A DNA stretch of 57,943 bases, taken from positions 1,471,212-1,529,154 of the forward strand of contig NC_057759.1 in the NCBI RefSeq assembly GCF_004010195.1, in the 5' to 3' direction. Made by a program: the position numbers and the translations under genes. Under the pieces are notes generated by a model. It was not told where the DNA came from. It searched no databases and worked only from the letters and a program-made list of their open reading frames with translations. Shown piece after piece: positions 49,335 to 57,943 of this stretch; position 1 is the first letter of the stretch; each line of letters starts with the position of its first letter. The stretch comes from Chiloscyllium plagiosum (Eukaryota).

Positions 49335-52300
49335 CAAACGATGAGTTAAAGGACATTGATCAAGAAAGAGAAAATGAGGACTGAAGTAAGCTTGCAGATG
49401 TTTTCAGAAAGAAACTAACCGTTAAAGTATTGATAAATGTGTAAAGGGAAAATGGAAGAAAACATGGGTTGGTTAACACAAAGATAGGTCTCTTAAGATC
49501 AAGAAGAAGCTGTCCATATTAGGGAGCAAAAATGGTTTTCCATCCAAATGTTGTTCTCTGATCACAAAGGACGACACAAATGATGCACCAGGAATGTTGG
49601 GTCACACAGTTCAGAGAGAGGGAAAAACTGAAATAAATCAGTATTGTTTGGAAAATTGTGTTGGGACAATGGATAAGATTGAAGCTGGGAAACAGCACGG
49701 CCTGGTCATCCACATCCCAGAGTACTTAGTGGTCACAGAAATAGTGAATGGTCATGATCCAAGATTCCATAGATATTGTAACATTTTCCACAGATTATGA
49801 GTTAGCTAATGTAACCAATCTGTTTGAAAAGCAAGTTAGAGATAATTTGGGAATTATAGGCCACTCAGCCTGTAGGAAAAAAATACTTGCAGAGTGTCTG
49901 CGAAAAAAAACATTGGGTCCAAACAAAGTCAGCATGGATTTGAAATGCCTGTTCCTGTGTCATAATTTTCTATGTTCACAGCTTGGCAAATCTGCTGGAA
50001 TAGAGGTGATAAGCAGATGACATCACTCGGATGTTTCTTTTGACAAAATTTCACGTAAAACAAAATAAAGAACATGGTGTTGAGATGGATTTTAAAAACT
50101 GGTTGGCTGAAAGAAAACACGTCGAGAGAATAAATGGATCATTTTCTCGATGGCAGGCAGTGACTAGGAGGCATGGCAAGAATCATGATTAGAATCCTAC
50201 TCTTCATAATATAGTCACAATGATTTAGAAGAGAAAACTAAATGTAATATTTCCATATTGAAGATGACAAAAAATTAGGTCGGATGGTGAGCTGTGAAAG
50301 AAAATGCATTGTGATTGTGTTGAGGAGAAGTCAATGGGCAAAAGCAATGTAATGTGCATAAATGTAAAGTTTTTAGTAAGGACACTCAGAGTTGATAAAA
50401 ATGAAACTGGAAAAGAACAACAGAGGAGTAGCAAGGTCAATGTTTTATTTGCAAGTACAAATAACTCATATATTAGACATAGACAACTGGGGTGAAAAGC
50501 ATCTCTTGAACATTATGCAAATAGTAAGGGCATTCTTGAGAGGGAGATTAGGAAATCAAAGAGGGGATACCAGATAGTCTTGGCAGATAAGGTCAAGCAT
50601 AATTCAATGAGATTCTACAAGATCATTCAAAGCAAGTTAAAAATGAGGAAGAGAAAGAGAGCAGGGCACCTTAAACAAAGAGGTAGTTGTTGTTGTTGGA
50701 ACCTTTTCCCCCGAAAGGGAATGCAAACTCAGCAGGCAGACAGAACTCGGGCAAGTGGAGGCTTATTCATGCAAAACGCAGTTAAAGCAGGGACAAAGGA
50801 TCCTCTCCAGAGACCAGCCCTGAAAGGAAGATCATGACACGCTCTGAATTTATAACAAAGCAGTATTTTTATAAATTTGCTGATAACAATCGCATACAAC
50901 GTGATCACTTTGATCCTCCCTCATACTTCGTAAACCCAATCCTATAAGACACTGACTCAATGACAGGCATTCCTTTAACAGGCCTCAGCTTTCCATGACC
51001 TCATGGCATTGAACAGACACTTTAATCACGCATCCTTGCCATCTTTCTATTCATCCTCCTCATTCACATTCCAAAGTTAATTGCTAAACTCCTTCAGGCC
51101 TCTCGGGTTGGCCTTATCTGTGAGTCAGTTTGAATTCTGTTATTCAACAGACACTTTAATCACTCATCCTTGCCATCTTTCTATTCATCCTCCTCATTCA
51201 CATTCCAAAGTTAATTGCTAAACTCCTTCAGGCCTCATCTGTGAGTCAGTTTGAATTCTGTTATTCATTGTATCTCATGTGCTTTCTTTATGAAATTCTG
51301 TTTTTCCTCTTATATTTCCCATTGTCCTAATTATGTGTGTTAAAAAAAAGACATTTAGTTTTAACTAGTTGCTATAAGATTTGTAAGAATGCATTCTGTT
51401 CTGGTTAGTTAGGCTTAGGTTGTTTTCAAAGACTTCCAGCATAGATACATGGAACCAAAACATTTGTGCCTGTGTGAAAGTTAGTCAGTTTTCAGAAGTA
51501 CCCTGATTTTCCCTGGATAAAATAGATTACTCACAGCCATTCATGACAATGTACTAAGGGTAGACATTTGTCAGCCATTTTGTGGGAGCAGACATGGGCC
51601 ATTTTGTTACCAGCAGATCCAGTTCACCTCTGCAGTTCTGTTTGAATTTCAGAAGATGCGAGGGAGAAAATGAATTTTCACATCAGTCTTCACTGGGAAG
51701 CAGGCAAATGCAGGAAAATGAATATTGATGTTTTGAAAAGTGTTCACATTACAGAAGAGGAAATGCTGGAGATATTTGAAAACAAAGTTGGATAATCTCA
51801 GAGACCTGATCGAGTGTATCCCAGGACATTGTGCAAGGTTGAGGAGGATATTGTGGTGCCCCTTGCAGAAATATTTGTTTCATCTGTAACTATGGTGAGG
51901 TGCTGGATGATCGGATATTGGGTAATATTTTGCCATTATTTTAGAAAGGGGTGTAAAGAGAAGCCTGGGAAGTATAGACCTGTGAGTCTGACTTGTGTGA
52001 TGGGTACATTGTTGGAGGTGATTCTGAAAGATAGGATTCAAATGTACGGTTTTGGGGAGGAGTGGTAGGAGAGGGCAAGGAATAATTAGGAATTGTCAGG
52101 ATTGTCTTGTAGAAGGAAATTATATTTCCCAAAGTTGAGTTGAGATTTTTGAGGGAGTATCCAAGATGATTGAGGGCACATTGGTAAACATTATTGACTT
52201 GAAGTTTGGTAAAGCCTTTTACAAGTTTCTGCATGGTAGACTAAATAGCAAGATTAGATTACATGGGATTCAGGTTGAGCGTGCCAATTGAATGTAAAAT

Positions 52301-53300
52301 TGGCATAACAGCAGGAGATGGAGAGGTGGTGGACAGTTGCTTATTAGACTGGATGCAAGTTACCAATGATGTTCCGCCCCAATCGGTGCTGGGTCCACTT
52401 TTGTTTGTTTTTTATGTAAATGATTTAGATGACAATACTGAAGGCATGGTTAGTAATTTTGCAGATGTCATCAAAATTGGTGGTATAGTGGACAGAAAAG
52501 GCGATCTCAGATTAGAAGCAAAGTTTGATTAAATCAGTCAAAGGCATGAGAATGGCAGATGGAGTTATTGAGGCATTGCATATTTACAAAACAAAGGGTA
52601 GGACATCCACAATTACAAGTAGGGCCTTGGGTAGTGCTGCTGAACAGAGAGACCTAGTTGGCCAGCTGCATATTTTTGAAGTTTGCTTCACATGTAGACA
52701 ATGTGGTGAAAAAAACATTTAGCATGCTTGCCTTCATTGCTCAGACCTTGGAGTACAGGAGTTGGAAGGTCGTATTGAGGTTGTATAGGATGTTGATGAG
52801 TCCTCTTCTGGATTACCATATCAAGTTCTGGTCACCCTGTTATCAAAAGTATTGAGCTGGAAAGGGTTCAGAAAAGATTTACTAGATGTTGATGGAATGG
52901 AAGATTCCGTTTTAAAATAGGCTGGGACTTCTGTTCTGTGGAGCCTAAGATCTTGATGGGTGATAGAGTTTTGACAATCATAAGGGCTAAAGGTAAGGGG
53001 AATGGTAGGTATCTTTTTCGATGGTAAAAGACTGCAAGTCTATGAGACACATTTTTAAGGTCAAAGCAAAAAGATTTTAAGAGAATTTTTTTAAAAAACA
53101 GCATAGATTGTGTGGAATTAACTTCGAAAGGGGGTGATGCATATGGACACAGTCACAACGTTGAAAAGACATTTGGATAAGTATATCATTGTTAAGATTT
53201 TGGAGGGTTATGAGTCAAGAACAGGCAGGTGGGACTTGTCTAGCTTGAGATTATATTGGGTATGGACTGGTTGGATGGAAGGATCTGTTTCTGTGCTATT
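49335..53300 (+). mobile_element. Long, fragmented CR1 LINE remnants including the RT domain, interrupted at ~50690-51650
   Basis: KGCKEKPGKYRPVSLTCVMG; VPPQSVLGPLLFVFYVNDLD..SNFADVIKIG; LEYRSWKVVLRLYRML. Confidence 0.8.
51012..51266 (+). repeat. Near-perfect tandem duplication (134 bp + 121 bp)
   Basis: 51012-51145 and 51146-51266 differ by one substitution and a 13-bp indel. Confidence 0.93.
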
Positions 53301-53739
53301 TGGCTGACCCTTGCAGGGAGGCAACTGTTCTAGTTTGATCTCAGTTCATTTTGAAAGCTTCGAAACGACAGCAGAAAGTCTCATTCAGAGCACTGTGCAA
53401 TCAAAATACACCCTCGGTGTATGGAAATTTAACTGTAAAATTAATCTTTCCGTGGAATTCAAGGATAGGGCACTTCTGTTTGGCAGAGGTGGGTATTGCA
53501 GATGCTGGAAATTAGAGTGATGCAGTTCAGGCAGCATCCGAGATGCAGGAAAATCGATGTTTCGGGAAAAAGCATTTCCTGATTAACTTTTCAGGCTCCT
53601 TGCGCTACGGCTCAGACGGTGAACGGCCATCAGGAAAGGTTTCAAATCAGATCACACACACAGTACAATATCGAATAAGGCAGGGACTGACACCTATATC
53701 AATTAACTGAAGGTAATTCAATCCGACAGAGGTGTGTTT

Positions 53740-53788
53740 AGCTCCTTTCACAGATGCTGTGAGTGGCTCTTAAAAGAGCCTTTGGGTT
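53740..53788 (-). terminator. Histone 3' stem-loop (53765-53780) and U7 histone downstream element of H2A
   Basis: Minus strand reads CCCAAA-GGCTCTTTTAAGAGCC-ACTCA, then purine-rich GAAAGGAGCT ~15 nt downstream. Confidence 0.95.
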
Positions 53789-53810
53789 GTCAGATTCAAG
53801 GAACGTCTCT

Positions 53811-54372
<562 letters not shown>

Positions 54373-55191
54373 GAGAGGGCACGGGGAGGAAGGCGGAAAG
54401 TACCGGCGCCAAATCATCAACCGCCTTCTTTCCAATTTGAAAAGCCCGCCAATATGTACCGAAAAAGAGATTTTAAACACGGAAGAATGCACGAATACTC
54501 GATTTAATTTACTTCTACGTTAAAAAAGTGCGCCCTTTACCTCGCCTCCTGGAATCTTCCCATTCCTGATCCTGAATGGAATCTTCTGAACATTAAACAC
54601 AAGCGGAAACAAAAAAGGCGCCAAACCCTGCCCTCTGCAACTAATCATTTATTTCACATTTCAACAGCACCCCGATATACTGATAAAACATGATTACCTT
54701 CTCCCGAGTCAATGCATTAATAGTGAACACGATTGTTCGAGAATATTTTAAAGTTTCCCTCCCTATTGCACACGATCATAGATCGATAAAAACTCGACAT
54801 ATACTCTGCCACTCCTGCAGCTGTTCGAGTTTTGTTTCGGTGCATTTTGCCCGGCGCCTGCATCCTGACAATACCAGTGCGGAGATTTGGAAATGAAAAA
54901 TAAACAAAGTAAAATCGCACTCCGAGGGAAACTGTTTATTTTGCTCGTCGGCTGGTACTGGGGGCACTTTGTTTTCGTGCCCCATTGGGGCTTGTAACTC
55001 CGGAACTGATCAAATAACAAAGAGTAACGCGGACACATACAATCAGCTGAAAAATGACTCAGTGGCGTTTCACATGATCTCTCTCCCCAGGCAGGGAGTA
55101 CAGGATATACATGATCGCATCTGAGAATAAGGTGCACCGGGTCAGCGATCACTCATTACTTTACGTAACATTTACGACATACAAACCTCAG

Positions 55192-55344
55192 ACATGATTT
55201 GGAGATGCCGGTGCTGGACTGGGGTGCACAAAGTACACTAGCTTTCTGAGCGACGCTCCTGATGAAGAGTCGCTCCGAAAGCTAGTGTTGTGCTTCTAAT
55301 TAAACCTGTTGGACTATAACCTGGTGTTGTGTGATTTTTAACTT
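55192..55344. mobile_element. Second, internally deleted copy of the 28372-28576 palindromic element
   Basis: Shares gatttggagatgccg..ggactggggtg and ctccgaaagctagtg..ggactataacctgg; 10-bp TSD caaacctcag at 55182-55191 and 55345-55354. Confidence 0.8.
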
Positions 55345-55388
55345 CAAACCTCAGCCAGTAATGGTACATAACCAGTAACATAATGATC

Positions 55389-55437
55389 AAGCTGTTTCAG
55401 GGAAGTTGTGGGTGGCTCTTAAAAGAGCCTTTGGGTT
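55389..55437 (-). terminator. Histone 3' stem-loop (55414-55429) and downstream element of the H2B copy
   Basis: CCCAAA-GGCTCTTTTAAGAGCC-ACCCA on minus, followed by GAAACAGCTT. Confidence 0.92.
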
Positions 55438-55470
55438 GTGGATGTGTGTGTTTCAGTGCAATGCGGTCCC

Positions 55471-55641
55471 TCACTTGGAGCTGGTGTACTTGGTCACCGC
55501 CTTTGTACCCTCCGACACGGCGTGCTTGGCCAGCTCCCCGGGCAGCAGCAGCCGCACGGCGGTCTGGATCTCCCGGGAGCTGATGGTGCTGCGCTTGTTG
55601 TAATGGGCCAGGCGGGAAGCCTCCCCCGCGATGCCAGCCAT
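55471..55641 (-). pseudogene. H2B: Histone H2B with in-frame internal deletion (56-aa [14 protein letters not shown]...KYTSSK)
   Basis: The last 53 aa match canonical H2B C-terminus. ATG GCT G is joined directly to GC ATC GCG, so the tail, helix 1 and most of helix 2 are missing. Confidence 0.85.
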
Positions 55642-55693
55642 AGTGCCGCTCACTCTCAGACACAGAATAAGGGAAAGCGGGCTCGGAGCTCGC

Positions 55694-55796
55694 TCTTTAT
55701 AGACTGACGGCGTCATCAATGCTAATGAGGGATTGCGGAAAAGCCTGGTTCCTGATTGGCTACTTCGTAGGCATGGTAACCTCACTCTGATTGGTT
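55694..55796 (-). promoter_or_regulatory. H2B-type promoter: TATA, octamer variant, two CCAAT boxes
   Basis: CTATAAA 55696-55702; CTCATTAGCAT (octamer variant ATGCTAAT at 55719-55726); CCAATC at 55754-55759 and 55789-55794. Confidence 0.8.
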
Positions 55797-56769
55797 AGTT
55801 TGGGACTCAACGTGGATCTGTCAGGATCTGTAATACCATCGGAAATACAAACCGAAACTTTGTGAAGGGATCAAATTCCGAGCTTACTCTAAAGTGAGAT
55901 TCTAATTGTAACGTATTCTGCATCTTTTGATAATGGTTTTCTTTTCTCTTCCATTTTAAAATGGCATCACATTTGTTGTCAAGTGAGAAAATGCACTGCA
56001 ATCTGACAGGGAGTGTGTTTTACTCCTGGAAATGATGGAACTACTTGACAAGTGCATTGTGTTAGAGGAAAATGGGAGTTAAGGAATATTCTCTTTTGCT
56101 TGTGTTTCTTGTTCTACACTCTCTGAAGATGAAGGACATTCTACTATCATCTACTCTGTAAATTCCCTTCACTTATCTTTTCCCCTATTCTTTTTCAAAT
56201 CTCCAATGAGTATCAGCCAAAGTATTCATACATTACTCAGAATAGCTGCCAGCGTGTGTATCATTGCCAGTTCTATTCTGATTACCTCAATGACTAAAGG
56301 GAACTGACGTACTGTGACCTGTGCCTTTTGCTTTCTGCTGACAACATGAATTTTACTCCCTGTTCGGCTCCTCAATCAGTGTCAGCAGCCTCCTGCCAAT
56401 ATTTCAGTTCCTAAATCTTACTTTGCACTACATTAGAATACATATTATTTGGTGCAGTTCAGTTTCTAGCAGATTTTTTTTTCATTATTAACTTTGCTAT
56501 GGGGATTTTCTCTGAACTTTATTTGGTCACAAGTCAGTTGTACTCACTCTGAAATATTTAAGGATTATTTTGAACATGATACTTGTGCAAATTTTAATTG
56601 TGACTATTTCGTGTTATTTGTTTTATCACTGTGGTTCCCTGCTTACACTGTGAAATAGTGTTGTTCAGAATTTCAGATTGGTTAAGGGTTAGTTTACCTC
56701 TCGTTATTGGCTGTGTAAAACGAGAGTGCGGTTTTTGATCAGCCTATGTGAGCTTTCGGGAGGTGAATA

Positions 56770-57780
56770 ATTATTACTCTCTCACAATCTGTCCCTGTCA
56801 GTTTCTGCCATCTGAATGTGAGAGTGTAGTCATCAGTCTGTACCTGTCCATTCCTCCACAGTGATTACATTAGTGTAATTATCCCAATCCCAGAATGTCT
56901 CTAATGTGAGAATGTGTCAGGGTATTTACCATTGCAGTGCCTATCAGTCTTTGCTATGAGACTGTTTGACTGGCTTTATCAATCTGTATCTGTTTCCTTC
57001 TGCTCAATGAATTTGTCTGTGTAATTTTCAGTCTCCAAATATCAGTCTCTGCTATGTGAATGTGGGAATGCTTTTATCAGAATTACCTTGTCCATTTCTC
57101 TGTTGGGAATATGTCAATGTGGTTATCAACATGTACCTGTCAGCTTCTGTTTTGTGAGTATCTCAGTTTCGTTGTGATGTTCGAATATGGCAGTCTAGTT
57201 ATCAATCTGTACCTGTCTGTTCTTCCATAGTCATTATGTTTGTGTAATTATCAGTCTACCCTTAAGGTCTCTGCTGTGAGAATGTGTAACTGCAGTTATC
57301 AATCTATCCCTGTCAGTGTTTGCTCTGTGAATGAGGGACTGTATTTACTAATTGGTCCCTGACAGTTTCTGCTATGTAAATGGGGGTTTTCCTATCATGT
57401 CTTTATGTTCATTTCTGTTATGTGAATGTTTGACTGGCATTATCAATCTGTACCTGTCAGTTTCTGCTCAGTGACTATATTTGTGTAATGACCAGTCTAT
57501 CCCTATCAGTCTCTGCTACGAGTCTGTGTGTATGCTTTTATCAGTCTCACCTTGTCAATTTCTGTGTTGTAAACATGGTCATCAATCTTTCCCTGACATT
57601 TTCTGGTTTGTGAATATGAGAGTTTGATTATCAATCTGTACATGTCAGCTTCTGCTTTATGAATATCTAAATTTGGCTTAATCTGTTCCTGAATGTTTCT
57701 CTGGTGTGCATATGGCAATGTAGTTATCTATCTGTACCAGTCTGTTTCTGTTATGTGAATTTGAGGGCAGTTATCAGTTA
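56770..57780 (+). repeat. Degenerate minisatellite, unit roughly 40-50 bp
   Basis: Recurrent ttatcaatctgtacctgtcagtttctgctatgtgaatgtg variants. Confidence 0.85.
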
Positions 57781-57943
57781 GAGTGATTGTGTGACTTTAA
57801 AACGTGCATTTTGTCCTGTCCACAGTCGTTAACATACAACGCAATAAAGAAGAAATTGGAATAACTTAACTCTACTGGAATACTTAACAGAATAATGGGT
57901 ACAGTATCACTTCCTAATTAACTGTTCCAATACAGTAATATCC

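Noticed and set aside
55471..55785. 104-aa ORF as an H2B with a novel N-terminus, or an H3-H2B fusion
   Set aside because: The extension reads through the TATA and octamer promoter elements; the octamer points to an H2B promoter with its ATG at 55641.
56770..57780. CRISPR-like repeat array
   Set aside because: Eukaryotic context; degenerate tandem units without unique spacers; no cas genes.

Overview
Eukaryotic, repeat-rich genomic DNA, most likely from a shark or other elasmobranch, judging by the HE1/V-SINE-like and DeuSINE-like elements and the abundant CR1 and Penelope remnants. The main gene was assembled by hand from splice sites and codon phases. It is a complete 14-coding-exon minus-strand gene (32722->7054; 2133 nt, 710 aa) encoding an Fc-receptor-like inhibitory receptor: split leader (31 + 30 nt), six Ig domains, an uncharged transmembrane helix, and a tail with three ITIMs plus a terminal NVYMNI motif. 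A decayed paralogous Ig pseudo-exon lies upstream at ~43738-44004. Near the end are an intact replication-dependent histone H2A and an H2B copy with an in-frame internal deletion that keeps its promoter and stem-loop. Several Penelope-type insertions have visible target-site duplications and carry minimal hammerhead-ribozyme cores, often as inverted pairs. Most ORFs in the supplied track are spurious or retroelement debris. All homology calls are from motif recognition, not database searches.
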